Assembly (NCBI GenBank): GCA_043799545.1
Contig: JAZDNO010000005.1
Location: 32,001 to 96,000, forward strand
DNA length: 64,000 nucleotides
Direction: 5' to 3'
From: Methanobacteriota archaeon
GTDB taxonomy: Archaea; Thermoplasmatota; Thermoplasmata; SG8-5; DAIRED01
The stretch's first letter is position 1, and every line of letters starts with the position of its first letter. Below are positions 46,785 through 56,254 of the stretch, piece after piece. Under the pieces are notes generated by a model, which made no database searches, was not told the origin of the DNA, and saw only the letters and a program-made list of their open reading frames with translations. A program made the translations under genes and the position numbers.

Positions 46785-47824
46785 GTCAAAATCATCTCCT
46801 GTATCTTCTCGTCGGGGATGCCCCCGCTTTTCCCGCGGACGATCAGCCGAACGAAGTCGACCTCGTCCTTCTTTTGTATGATGAAGTTCAGAACAGGGAG
46901 TATCGAGAGCGGATAGATGTGCGACTGGTGCTCCGCTATTCTGAGCAGGTACCTGTCCAGTTCGAGAGCTATGGCGCTCGCCCTGTCCGTCGCCTTCACC
47001 CCCCCCAGGTCGTCGTCCAGCGCCTTCTTGATTTCCTCCAGCGCCTCCTCAGCGGTCCCCGTCGCGAGCGTCTCGAGCTTCTCCGTGTGGACCGCCCTGC
47101 CGCCCGGTATCATGGATGCGGTAATCCTGGCTGGCGCCACCCCCTCCAGCTTGAGCTTCATCAGATTCTTCGAGTTCGTGATGCCTATCTCGGTCCTGAC
47201 AAACCATCTGTAAATCTTTATTGGTTTTGAATTGCCTTGGATAGACTCGAGCAGGCGCGCGTAATACTTCGTGTCGTAGAAATCCTCGACGGGGCCCAGG
47301 TTCCCGTCCTTGGCGAACTGTTCCAATGTCGCCGCCGGAGGAGAATCCAGCCCCCATTGGCGCACGTGCTCGATTATGTCCAGCGCGCTCTCCATTTTCA
47401 GCAGGGTCGCGAAATCGTCCCGCGAAAGGGAGCCGCCGGCGATGACGCCTTCGAGGACCTCGTCCGCTGGTATCCCGTGGTGCACGCCGCGGATGACGGT
47501 CTTGAGGTTCCAGACGTTCCACCGGTCCAGGTAAGCCTTCACAAGGCCGTGCAGTTCGCCCTTGCAGAATCCCAGAACGTCGCGATAAGTTCTGGATAGA
47601 TTCGCATTCAGCGCCATCTCCAGCAACTCGTCCCCCTCGTAGCTCGAGGCCAGCCTCAGCATCTCCTCTCTGTAAGCCGTCTCGCCAAGAAGGCGCGCTA
47701 TCTGCCCCGGCCCCATCTTCATCAGCTTGGGATAGGCGTCGCCTGTCAGCAGGTTGCGCCGGCGGGCCTTCACCCTGGCGTTCACATAGGCGTAGTTGCC
47801 GCTGGGCGGGAGCAGGCGCGGCAT
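46781..47824 (-). CDS. atpC: ATP synthase subunit C
   Basis: NYAYVNARVKAR, WNLKTVIR; operon position. Confidence 0.92.
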   Translation of the reverse strand: MPRLLPPSGNYAYVNARVKARRRNLLTGDAYPKLMKMGPGQIARLLGETAYREEMLRLASSYEGDELLEMALNANLSRTYRDVLGFCKGELHGLVKAYLDRWNVWNLKTVIRGVHHGIPADEVLEGVIAGGSLSRDDFATLLKMESALDIIEHVRQWGLDSPPAATLEQFAKDGNLGPVEDFYDTKYYARLLESIQGNSKPIKIYRWFVRTEIGITNSKNLMKLKLEGVAPARITASMIPGGRAVHTEKLETLATGTAEEALEEIKKALDDDLGGVKATDRASAIALELDRYLLRIAEHQSHIYPLSILPVLNFIIQKKDEVDFVRLIVRGKSGGIPDEKIQEMILT

Positions 47825-47846
47825 CTTCGGGAGTCCGATTATTTGC

Positions 47847-48410
47847 TCACCCCTTGCCGAAGAGCGTGCCGTACGCTTCCGCAATCCGCCGCTCCCATGC
47901 CGTTGCCAGCAGTGACTCGAACCTCATGTCTGCCGCAAGTGCTCCGTCGTGGCTCTCCGCCACGAAGCCGCCAGCGGCAATGAGGTCGCCCTTCACGGAC
48001 ATGCCCTTGGCGCCGGTGAAATTTCCCTCTTCGCCTTTTCTGCAGTGGATTACCCCGCCGGAGAACTCCGGCCCGAGCCTTGCGAGCAGCGAGGCGGCGT
48101 ATCGCCTCGTTTCTGCGGCGGGCAGGCGCCTCATCGATTCCAGCACGGCCTCGAAAGCCTCGTCCAGAACTGCCTTTCTGCAAGCCAATAACGCCTTCTT
48201 CGCCTCGACCTCGGTCCTCGCGGCCTCCCTCGCCCGGAGCAACCTGACCTCCTCATCTGCCTTGGCCCTGTAGCCAGCGAGAGTCACCTCCCTCTTCGCC
48301 CGGGCTTCAGCCAGGTACGCCTCCGCGTCCTCGCGCGCCTTGGCCTGCAGCTGTCCGTCAACTACCAGGCTGTCCGCCTCTATCCTCTCCAGGACCTTCT
48401 CCAGACCCAT
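47847..48410 (-). CDS. atpE: ATP synthase subunit E
   Basis: MGLEKVLERI, GGFVAES..DMRFE; operon position. Confidence 0.9.
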   Translation of the reverse strand: MGLEKVLERIEADSLVVDGQLQAKAREDAEAYLAEARAKREVTLAGYRAKADEEVRLLRAREAARTEVEAKKALLACRKAVLDEAFEAVLESMRRLPAAETRRYAASLLARLGPEFSGGVIHCRKGEEGNFTGAKGMSVKGDLIAAGGFVAESHDGALAADMRFESLLATAWERRIAEAYGTLFGKG

Positions 48411-48420
48411 TGTGTTCACT

Positions 48421-48651
48421 TCAGCCCATCTTTCCGGTTAGAAGGAACGCGATCAGGAAACCGAATATGATGATAGTTTCAGGGATGACGACCATAATCA
48501 GCGCCTTCCCGAATATCTTATCATTCTCGGCCATGGCTCCTATCGCCGCTGACCCGATTTCCTTTTCCGCCCACGCAGTCGCCAGCGCGGCCAGGCCTAT
48601 TGCCAGTCCTGCGGCGATTGCGATCGCTCCCGTGTCGTCAAACAATACCAT
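48421..48651 (-). CDS. atpK: ATP synthase proteolipid subunit c/K (single hairpin)
   Basis: Two TM helices, IPETIIIFG. Confidence 0.95.
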   Translation of the reverse strand: MVLFDDTGAIAIAAGLAIGLAALATAWAEKEIGSAAIGAMAENDKIFGKALIMVVIPETIIIFGFLIAFLLTGKMG

Positions 48652-48654
48652 TTT

Positions 48655-50589
48655 TCACACCTCCTTCGTGTACTTTCTCCTAACGCTCAAAGGATTGAAC
48701 CTGACCCCTCCGCCTTTGTAGAACTTCGTGAAGAATTCCACGTAGTGCAGCCTCAGTGACTGGATGAGCGGCCCAATGATGCCCAGCGCGATGTTGAGGC
48801 CGTGCCCCATGACGAGGATGAGAATCCCAAGTATTATTCCGATTCCTCCACCCTCTATCGCCGGCATCGCCATTTCCTCGTTGAATGCAAGGGCTATCCC
48901 TATGGATGAGAGGCCTATGGCGAATATCCTCGTGTAAGAGAGCAGGTTGCTCGCCAGTCCGGGGAGTTCCAGTATGCCGTTTATCTTCTCGACCACGGCT
49001 GTCATGACGATTCCAACGGCCATTAACACAATTCCAGAAAGAAACGCGACATTGTCCATCGGAAGGCCGCCTCCCGACAGGAGCCCGGGCAGGGCGGTGA
49101 CAGCGAACATCACAAGCCCGACGAGCGTGAATATCCAGCCTCCCTTCTCCAGTATCGCGGTCCTGAGCCCATGCTCCGCCCTGACGTTGTATATCCCTAT
49201 GGCGTATCCCATTAGCAGGTGCACGACGCCGACGTACACGCAGAACATCAGCATCGTGCCGACCATCTCCGGTTCCGCCCGGTGGACCGGCAGGGCGATG
49301 CCCAGAAGCTGCGCTCCGATGTCCCAGTGCGCGAACGGCTCGAAGCCGAAGAACTCGTCGTAGACAAGGCCGAAGACGATTGAGCTGATGCCGCAGTAAA
49401 GCAGAATCTTGCTCAACCCTGGAGCCCCGCCGGACATGCCCAGCTTGTCCATCAGCTTTTTGAATGCGCCGGAGAGCGAAAGCACCACAAGCACGATGCC
49501 GTAACCCCAGTCGCCGAGCATCAGGCCGTAGAAAATCGGGAAGGTCGCCAGCATCAGCACAGTAGGGTCTATCTCTCCGTACTTGGGGAGGGAAAACATC
49601 TCGATGAGCATCTCCATCGGCTTGGCCGTTTTGGGGTTGTCGAGCCTTATGGGCGGTTCGTCGCTTCCCTCAATCCATGACACCTCTATGAGCTCGACGG
49701 CCCCATCGCCAACGTCCGCGAGCCCGCTTCTAACGCGGTCCAGCTCCTTTTCCGGGAACCAGCCGTCTATGAGAAACGCATGCTTCCCGGCGCCAAACCT
49801 CAGCGGAGTCTCTGCCGTGTTTGCCTGGATCGAGAGCTCCTCAATTGATGCCAGTATGAACAGCTCGTTCTTCTCGCGCAGCCTGGCTATCCTTCCATCC
49901 ACCTCGCGGAGCCTGCGTTCCAGCTCGGATATCTCGCCCTCCAGGCGATGGGCCTCGTCGAGAGGTTTACCGGAGCTGGATGGCAGCGGCACCTCAACAA
50001 AGCCGCACCGGGCGAGCAGCTCCGAAACCTCGCGCTCCAAGGCCTTGTCCACGATTATTATGCTGCTGTCCCCGCGCAAGATTTCGTAGGCGCTGGTCAG
50101 GGTCGCCAGCTCTTTCTCCGGGTCCGTCCGCAAGCGCCCGCAGAAGACCGCGAGCGCCCTCTGGCGCCTGAGGAGCGACAGCGGAAAATCGACATGCGCG
50201 TATGAAGCCAACGCGGCCAACTCCGACCTTTTTTCCGACAGGAGCGACTCCGTTTCCTTTCTTGCGTGGACCTCCGCGCCAAGTTCCAGTTCGAGATGCG
50301 ATATCGCGGCGTCAAGCTCGCGTTTAAGCTTGTCCGTCGGGAGCCTGCCAGACACCCGGTTTCCCGCGTCGGCAAGTCCGAGGTTCTGGGATATGGACAT
50401 CATCTTAAGGAGCTTTCCCGAGGCTTTCTCGGACCCCGGCAACGACGTTCCTATGTCCAGCGTGCCGTCCGTCTCCTTGAAATCGACGACATGGAAGTGA
50501 CCGAGCCTGTAGAGGTAGTCGACTGTGCCGGGGAGCGCTTCCTGCGTGCCCACGACCAGGGCGCGCCGCATCCTCTCAGCTTTTAGCAT
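48655..50589 (-). CDS. atpI: ATP synthase subunit a/I
   Basis: P..LDNP, IDPT..GLMLGD.GYG, LSYTRIFA, LRLHYVEFF.KFY.GGG. Confidence 0.96.
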   Translation of the reverse strand: MLKAERMRRALVVGTQEALPGTVDYLYRLGHFHVVDFKETDGTLDIGTSLPGSEKASGKLLKMMSISQNLGLADAGNRVSGRLPTDKLKRELDAAISHLELELGAEVHARKETESLLSEKRSELAALASYAHVDFPLSLLRRQRALAVFCGRLRTDPEKELATLTSAYEILRGDSSIIIVDKALEREVSELLARCGFVEVPLPSSSGKPLDEAHRLEGEISELERRLREVDGRIARLREKNELFILASIEELSIQANTAETPLRFGAGKHAFLIDGWFPEKELDRVRSGLADVGDGAVELIEVSWIEGSDEPPIRLDNPKTAKPMEMLIEMFSLPKYGEIDPTVLMLATFPIFYGLMLGDWGYGIVLVVLSLSGAFKKLMDKLGMSGGAPGLSKILLYCGISSIVFGLVYDEFFGFEPFAHWDIGAQLLGIALPVHRAEPEMVGTMLMFCVYVGVVHLLMGYAIGIYNVRAEHGLRTAILEKGGWIFTLVGLVMFAVTALPGLLSGGGLPMDNVAFLSGIVLMAVGIVMTAVVEKINGILELPGLASNLLSYTRIFAIGLSSIGIALAFNEEMAMPAIEGGGIGIILGILILVMGHGLNIALGIIGPLIQSLRLHYVEFFTKFYKGGGVRFNPLSVRRKYTKEV

Positions 50590-51022
50590 CGTCCCCCCTC
50601 TCAAGACCCTGGAGGATTTTCTTGGCGAGTTCTGGGAACTTGATTCTCGAGGATTCGGCGATGGCGGCCGCCTGGGCATGCGCCTTTGCGAGCCTATCCT
50701 TTCTGGCGTGCTCGCATTCCATGGCCGCCTTCTCCAATGCCTGTCTCAGCAAGCCGCGGCCCTCCGCTTCGGCTTGCTCTGCCAGCCTGATAGCGGCCTT
50801 GCGTCCCTCCGCCCTCGCCGCCTCTGCCCGTTTCTCCGCCTCTTCTTTTTTCTTCGCAGCGCTGACCTCGGCCTGCCTGATTGCGATTAGAAGGTTGGAC
50901 CTGTCCGCACCCGGGTGCGTCACAGTATGATGGGCTTGTCCGCTACCCGGTTTAATATTGGCCGGGGCGGGGTCGGGCTTGTCGGTGGATGATGCCATCT
51001 TCGGTCCTTTCTCTACCAGCAT
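50576..51022 (-). CDS. atpH: ATP synthase peripheral stalk subunit H/G; start uncertain (51022 or 50998)
   Basis: Charged coiled coil, first gene of the operon. Confidence 0.7.
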   Translation of the reverse strand: MLVEKGPKMASSTDKPDPAPANIKPGSGQAHHTVTHPGADRSNLLIAIRQAEVSAAKKKEEAEKRAEAARAEGRKAAIRLAEQAEAEGRGLLRQALEKAAMECEHARKDRLAKAHAQAAAIAESSRIKFPELAKKILQGLERGDDAKS

Positions 51023-51161
51023 AGCCGGCCATTCTCCAATGTGAAGGAGGTTGATATACTTTTATCACGCGCATCTAAGACGCGCCCGCCCGTCCACGCA
51101 TAATTTTGTCACAGATGCGAAATCGGATTGCTTATTTACCACCAACGCAGATGAGGGTCCG

Positions 51162-51989
51162 ATGGATGCGGGCGGAGTGCGCGAGGCGCTGGAGGCCATG
51201 GGGATGCGCCCTTCCAAGGGGTTGGGCCAGCATTTCCTCGTCGACGGTCGAATGGCGGACAGGCACGTTGCCGTGGCGGGAGTCGCCGGAGACCACTCGG
51301 TCCTTGAGATTGGCCCGGGGCTCGGGGTGCTGACGGAGCGGCTGCTTCCCGTTGCCAAGAGGGTCATCGCCGTAGAAACGGACCGCAGGATGTGCGCGCG
51401 CCTGGAGGAGCGCTTCGGAACCGCTGCGAACTTCGAGCTGATAAACGCAGACGCGCTGGACATCGAGCTGCCCAAATTCGACCTTTGCGTCTCGAACCTT
51501 CCGTACCAGATATCGTCGCCGATTACATTCAAGCTCCTGGAACAAAGCTTCGGACGCGCGACGCTGATGTATCAGATGGAGTTCGCCCAAAGGATGGTCG
51601 CCAGGCCAGGAACCGAGGATTACTCCCGCCTGAGCGTGGGGGCGCAGCACCGCGCCGCCTGCAAGATAGAGTTCAAGGTGCCCAGAAGCGCTTTCTGGCC
51701 GCAGCCCCGGGTCGATTCAGCAGTCGTGAGCATAGCGCCCCGCCTGCCGGCCTACCATGTTGCCGACGAGCGCCTGTTCCACGATGTGGTCAGGGTTCTA
51801 TTTTCGCATCGCCGGAAGAAGATACGGACGACGCTGGGGGACAACGCCACATCAATCGGGATGGAGCGCGGCGGCGTGCTCGCCGCCTTGGAGGGCACGC
51901 GCTTCGGCGACGAGCGGGTGGAGAGACTGGCACCGGCCGAGATAGCGGAGCTGGCGAACCTGCTAAATTCGTTGAAACGGACGGTTTGA
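51162..51989 (+). CDS. rsmA: 16S rRNA adenine dimethyltransferase
   Basis: LGQHFL, VLEIGPGLG, VSNLPYQIS, YSRLSV, FWPQP.VDSA, F.HRRK. Confidence 0.96.
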   Translation: MDAGGVREALEAMGMRPSKGLGQHFLVDGRMADRHVAVAGVAGDHSVLEIGPGLGVLTERLLPVAKRVIAVETDRRMCARLEERFGTAANFELINADALDIELPKFDLCVSNLPYQISSPITFKLLEQSFGRATLMYQMEFAQRMVARPGTEDYSRLSVGAQHRAACKIEFKVPRSAFWPQPRVDSAVVSIAPRLPAYHVADERLFHDVVRVLFSHRRKKIRTTLGDNATSIGMERGGVLAALEGTRFGDERVERLAPAEIAELANLLNSLKRTV

Positions 51990-51998
51990 AATTATTGC

Positions 51999-52280
51999 CT
52001 AAGCTTTTGTGGAAGCGAAGGTCTCAACTGCGTTTGAGGCGGCCCATATTGCGAAGATGACTCCGGTTATGGCAAAGCCAAGTGCGATGTCCAGCGCCCA
52101 GTTCTCGCCCCAGCCCCAAAGCTCTCCGTTCCATGCGTGGTCCACAACGCCGAACGTCGCCCCTCCGGCCAGCATAAAACCGAGCCTTGAGTGCTGTCGG
52201 CTGTCTTTCCAGCCGTGAACCTTTCTCCTCAGACCCGTGTGCGCCGCCCAGAAGATGAGCGGTATCGTGTAGCAACCCAT
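51999..52280 (-). CDS. Small membrane protein of unknown function, divergent from nikR
   Basis: MGCYTIP, three hydrophobic segments, GVVDHAWNGE; SD-like GGTGA upstream. Confidence 0.7.
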   Translation of the reverse strand: MGCYTIPLIFWAAHTGLRRKVHGWKDSRQHSRLGFMLAGGATFGVVDHAWNGELWGWGENWALDIALGFAITGVIFAIWAASNAVETFASTKA

Positions 52281-52348
52281 TGCCAATCACCTGTGGCCCT
52301 CGACCCAGTTGCGATATAAATATCTGCCGTAGCAACCATTTAATAATC

Positions 52349-52377
52349 GTAGCACTTTCAAATGCTGGAAGTGCTAC
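52349..52377. promoter_or_regulatory. Putative NikR operator: GTAGCACTT-N11-AAGTGCTAC
   Basis: Perfect 9-bp inverted repeat between a TATA-like TTTAATAA (52339-52346) and the nikR start codon. Confidence 0.75.
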
Positions 52378-52378
52378 C

Positions 52379-52786
52379 TTGGCCGTAGAGCGCGTTGGAG
52401 TTTCGTTCGAGCCGGAGCTGCTGTCGAGGTTCGACGCTCTAATCCGGGAAAAGGGATACGCGAGCAGGTCGGAGGCGCTCCGAGACCTCGCGAGGGAATC
52501 GATAGCCAAAGCCGAGATGGATTCGGGAAGCGGGACCGTCATGGGGACGCTGACGATACTTTACGACCACGACGCGAGCGGCCTGTCTCACAGGCTCGTC
52601 CACGTCCAGCACGAACACCATGCGGATGTGATGTCCACATTGCACGTCCACGTCGACGAGAGAAACTGCCTCGAGGTGCTGCTGATAAAGGGTGAGCGCT
52701 CTGATGTGAAATTGCTGGCAGACAGGATAAGAGCGTTGAAAGGCGTGGCCCTGGGCGAGCTTGCCCTAGTCAAGGCGGACGCCTAG
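52379..52786 (+). CDS. nikR: Nickel-responsive regulator NikR
   Basis: RVGVSFE..FD..I..KGY.SRSEA.RDL (RHH); YDH, QH.HH, LHVHVD..NCLE; TTG start. Confidence 0.95.
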   Translation: MAVERVGVSFEPELLSRFDALIREKGYASRSEALRDLARESIAKAEMDSGSGTVMGTLTILYDHDASGLSHRLVHVQHEHHADVMSTLHVHVDERNCLEVLLIKGERSDVKLLADRIRALKGVALGELALVKADA

Positions 52787-53097
52787 TCCTTGAACTCGAG
52801 GAATTTCCTTCCCTTTTCGGTCATCATGTCTGGGTGCCAGGGGGTTTCCCTGTCCACGACTATCTCGACGCCAGTGACCCCGTTGATGCCGCAGACCGCC
52901 TTGTGTATTCTCTGCGCCACTATCGTGTGGAACGGGCAGCACTTGGTGCCGAATATCATGTGGAGCCGGACCTCGCTTCCCCTGACCTCCACTTCCCTCA
53001 CGAAGCCGAGGTCGACGACGCTTACGCCCAGTTCCGGGTCGCAGCAGCCCTCAAGGGCCTTCTTTACGGTTTCACCGGTGATTTTACTGGAAGACAT
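52783..53097 (-). CDS. DUF59/SufT-like metal-sulfur cluster assembly factor
   Basis: DPELGVSVVDLG, CP, PWHPDMM. Confidence 0.9.
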   Translation of the reverse strand: MSSSKITGETVKKALEGCCDPELGVSVVDLGFVREVEVRGSEVRLHMIFGTKCCPFHTIVAQRIHKAVCGINGVTGVEIVVDRETPWHPDMMTEKGRKFLEFKD

Positions 53098-53148
53098 GAG
53101 AGCATCCACCCCGGATTTCGATGATATGGCTTGTCCCTAACATGTTCG

Positions 53149-53790
53149 TCACTTCCTCGATTGCTGCCTGAAGTAGTCCTCGATGATCTTTCTCTGGCCG
53201 CGCCTGAGTATCTCGGAGAGGGTCGCGGTCGATATGCTGAACATCTCCGAAAGCTCCTTGATTCCGATGCGTTTGGGGAAGTCGTAGTAGCCGCGCTCGA
53301 ACGCCACCTGGATAATCTTCTCCTGCTTCTCCGTCAGCATCTCGTCCTCGTTGATGTTGGAAATCTTGAGGAGCTGGACCTCTGCCTCGGCGTTCTGAAA
53401 ATCCCATATGAGCTGCTGGAGCACTTTACGGTCTGAGAAGATTATCTTGTAGTTCACGTGGCCCTTCTGGGTCGATACTGCCGATAGGACGAAGCAGTCC
53501 TTGTCCGCGAAGAGCTTGCAGCCTATGCAGTCCTTGGTCGAGACTATGGCGTAGAATTTTTCCCGCTCGACGGCGCTAATCTCCACGCCCTCCACGCACG
53601 AACAGGTCTTGATGGCTTTGACTATCTCCTCGACTGTGGCGTCCCTGAATTTAATCTCCACAAGGTCGTTGACGATATTGTTCTGCAGGGGCGTGCAATC
53701 CAGCATCTTGACCTCCACGTTGTACCTTTCGGAGAGCTGGCTCGCCCAGGAGAAGGGCGACTTGATGGATAAGATGGCCTCCATTATCAT
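53149..53790 (-). CDS. Bat/HTH-10 family transcriptional regulator
   Basis: LTEKQ..IIQVAFERGYYDFPKRIGIKEL..IS.ATLSEILRRG. Confidence 0.9.
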   Translation of the reverse strand: MIMEAILSIKSPFSWASQLSERYNVEVKMLDCTPLQNNIVNDLVEIKFRDATVEEIVKAIKTCSCVEGVEISAVEREKFYAIVSTKDCIGCKLFADKDCFVLSAVSTQKGHVNYKIIFSDRKVLQQLIWDFQNAEAEVQLLKISNINEDEMLTEKQEKIIQVAFERGYYDFPKRIGIKELSEMFSISTATLSEILRRGQRKIIEDYFRQQSRK

Positions 53791-53926
53791 GCTCGCACCG
53801 TATGAGCATCTCGGTACGGGTATATAACGCTTTTTCGCAGCGGGGCCAGCAGGCGGGGGCGCCACCCGAAAGGGTTATCTACACCCCCCATCTATACCTC
53901 GGACGGTCTTTTGTCAGGGTGCTAGA

Positions 53927-54790
53927 ATGCAGAAAAAGAAGCTGACGGAAACAGAGAGCGCGGAGTTGAAGCTAAAGGCTCTGTTCGACAAGAGGAACGA
54001 GTACAACGCCCAGGCCATCGCCTTCAGGGAGCAGAGGAACCTCCTCAACGCCGAGAAGGGAAAGAAGATAGACGAGATGGTGGAGCTTCGCAACGTAAGG
54101 GCTGATAACGTGCGCCTGATGAGGGAGCACAAGCGGCTGCGGAACGAGTACCAGGACAAGGCGAAATCGCTCCTCGACGTCAAGATGAAGCGCAGGAAGG
54201 ACATCCACACCGATCTGCCTGGCGAGCTCGCGGCGAAGAAGACCAACGTCAGGAAGATGGACCTCAAGCAGCAGACCCAGGTGATGACGATTGCGGAAGA
54301 GAACGACCTCATTGACGAGATAAAGGTCGAGATGAAGGAGATAAACCGCCTTGAGAAAATCAAGGCGCAGCAGGACTCGGTCAAGGGCGAGGTCAAGAAG
54401 GTCAGCGAGGATATCTCCGAGCTTTTCCAGATGGCTGATGACGAGCACAAGCTCGTGGTGGAATTCGCCAACAAGGCGAACGAAGCCCATGAGAAGATAA
54501 CGATGATGATGGAAGAAGTCACGAACATGATACGCGAGGCCAACAAGCAGCACGCCGCCTACGTCGCATGCAGGGAGAAGGCGGACGAGTTCCACCAGAA
54601 AGGGCAGGAGATGCGCGAGAAGGTCATGGCCAGCAAGCGTGAGAAGTACGACGAGCAGCGCGCCGCCCGCCAGGACATAGTGAGCCAGAACAAGTCCGCC
54701 CGGGCCGCGCTTCTTGACAAGGACAAGCTCGACAGGGCCGCCGAGGACGCGCTCCAGACCCTGCTGAAGAAGGGGAAGGTCGAAATCTGA
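53927..54790 (+). CDS. Archaeal coiled-coil protein (COG1340-like)
   Basis: Long charged heptads, KRNEYN, ADEFH, C-terminal KGKVEI. Confidence 0.85.
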   Translation: MQKKKLTETESAELKLKALFDKRNEYNAQAIAFREQRNLLNAEKGKKIDEMVELRNVRADNVRLMREHKRLRNEYQDKAKSLLDVKMKRRKDIHTDLPGELAAKKTNVRKMDLKQQTQVMTIAEENDLIDEIKVEMKEINRLEKIKAQQDSVKGEVKKVSEDISELFQMADDEHKLVVEFANKANEAHEKITMMMEEVTNMIREANKQHAAYVACREKADEFHQKGQEMREKVMASKREKYDEQRAARQDIVSQNKSARAALLDKDKLDRAAEDALQTLLKKGKVEI

Positions 54791-55887
54791 TGATGGAGGC
54801 TGTCATACTAGCCGGCGGTGCGGGGAAGCGCCTCCAGCCGCTGACGGAGCACAGGCCGAAACCGCTCATCCCAGTCGCCGGCAAGCCGTGCATCGACTAC
54901 GTCATCAAATCCCTGGTCTCCGCCGATTTCAAGAAGATAATCATCACCACGGGCCATCTTTCGGACAAGGTCATAAAAGGGATTGCCGACGGCGGCCAGT
55001 TCGGCGCGCACATCCTATACTCCTTCGAGGAGGTGCCGGTCGGCACCGCCGGTGCTGTCAAGAGGGCGGAAGGCTTCCTGACTGGCACGTTCGTCGTCGC
55101 GAGCGGCGACGTTCTGGCAGACGTGAACATCAAGGAGCTCCTCGACTTCCACAGAAAGTCCGGGGCGCTCGCGACGATGGCCCTGACAGAGGTGAAGGAC
55201 CCTACCGATTTTGGAATCGTCGGAATGGACAAGGGCGGCAGGATAAACCGGTTCCTCGAGAAGCCCAAGAAGGAAGAGGCCTTCTCAAACCTCATCAACG
55301 CGGGCATCTACGTACTGGAACCGGAGGTTCTGTCGTACATTCCGGCGGACACTCTGTTCGACTTCGCGAAGAACCTTTTCCCCATCCTCCTCGAGAAAGG
55401 GCTCCCTCTGTACGGGAAAACCATTCACGGGATATGGAGGGACATTGGGCGTCCGAGCGACTTGCTCAGGGCGAGCCTGGACGTCATAGAGCGCAGCGGC
55501 TCTGCAATATCCCTGCCAGGAGTCAAGACGAGCGGTCCCATAATACTCGGAAAGAACGCCGTCATCGAGAAGGGCGTGAGGATTGTGGGTCCTGCGTACA
55601 TAGGCGACGATGCGTTCCTGTCGAGGGGATGCGTCATTGAGCGCTCGTGCATCTACAAGAAGGTGTTCGTCGACAAGGGTACGGTCATCAGGGACAGCAT
55701 AGTCTTGGACGGAAGCCATATCTCCTGGCAGAGCGAGGTGGACAGCAGCGTCGTCTCCCAGGGCTGCAACATAGAAGAGGACGTCAGAATAGTGCGCTCC
55801 GTCATCGGGGACAACATGGCGGTCAAGATTCACTCCAGGCTCGAGGACGCGAACATCAGCCCGCCGAACGGCGAGCCCCAGAAATAG
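54790..55887 (+). CDS. NDP-sugar synthase / sugar-phosphate nucleotidyltransferase
   Basis: ILAGGAGKRLQPLT..PKPL, GTAGAV, INAGIY, WRDIG; C-terminal hexapeptide repeats. Confidence 0.93.
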   Translation: MMEAVILAGGAGKRLQPLTEHRPKPLIPVAGKPCIDYVIKSLVSADFKKIIITTGHLSDKVIKGIADGGQFGAHILYSFEEVPVGTAGAVKRAEGFLTGTFVVASGDVLADVNIKELLDFHRKSGALATMALTEVKDPTDFGIVGMDKGGRINRFLEKPKKEEAFSNLINAGIYVLEPEVLSYIPADTLFDFAKNLFPILLEKGLPLYGKTIHGIWRDIGRPSDLLRASLDVIERSGSAISLPGVKTSGPIILGKNAVIEKGVRIVGPAYIGDDAFLSRGCVIERSCIYKKVFVDKGTVIRDSIVLDGSHISWQSEVDSSVVSQGCNIEEDVRIVRSVIGDNMAVKIHSRLEDANISPPNGEPQK

Positions 55888-55897
55888 CCTGCGCCGG

Positions 55898-56254
55898 TCA
55901 CATCATCAGATTGAGAAATTCGCGCCCGGTCATGCCCTCTTTCGCGCCGAGTTCCGCGGCTTTTGTTGAGACTTCTACGACCTTTGCTGCCAGGACGTCT
56001 TCGACCGTCCGCACGCCAAAAACCTTCGCCGCAACGTCCCCCATCTTATTGGCCGCCGCCATATTGAGGTACCCGCACATGGCATACCCCTTCTTCGCCC
56101 TGACGATGACGAGCGGGAAATTTGGCATTTCAACAACGATTCCGACTGCCGTCCCGCGCTCCAAATCTACGTGCTTGGTGTGCATGAACGAGTAATCGCC
56201 AACGGAGGTAAATACCTTCTCTCGACGGACCTCCGCATCCGAATGCGCCGTCAT
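55898..56254 (-). CDS. YunC/DUF1805 family protein
   Basis: PLVIVRAKKGYAMCGYLN..AAKVFGV..V..AAELG.KEGMTG; ATGA overlap with fhs. Confidence 0.88.
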   Translation of the reverse strand: MTAHSDAEVRREKVFTSVGDYSFMHTKHVDLERGTAVGIVVEMPNFPLVIVRAKKGYAMCGYLNMAAANKMGDVAAKVFGVRTVEDVLAAKVVEVSTKAAELGAKEGMTGREFLNLMM

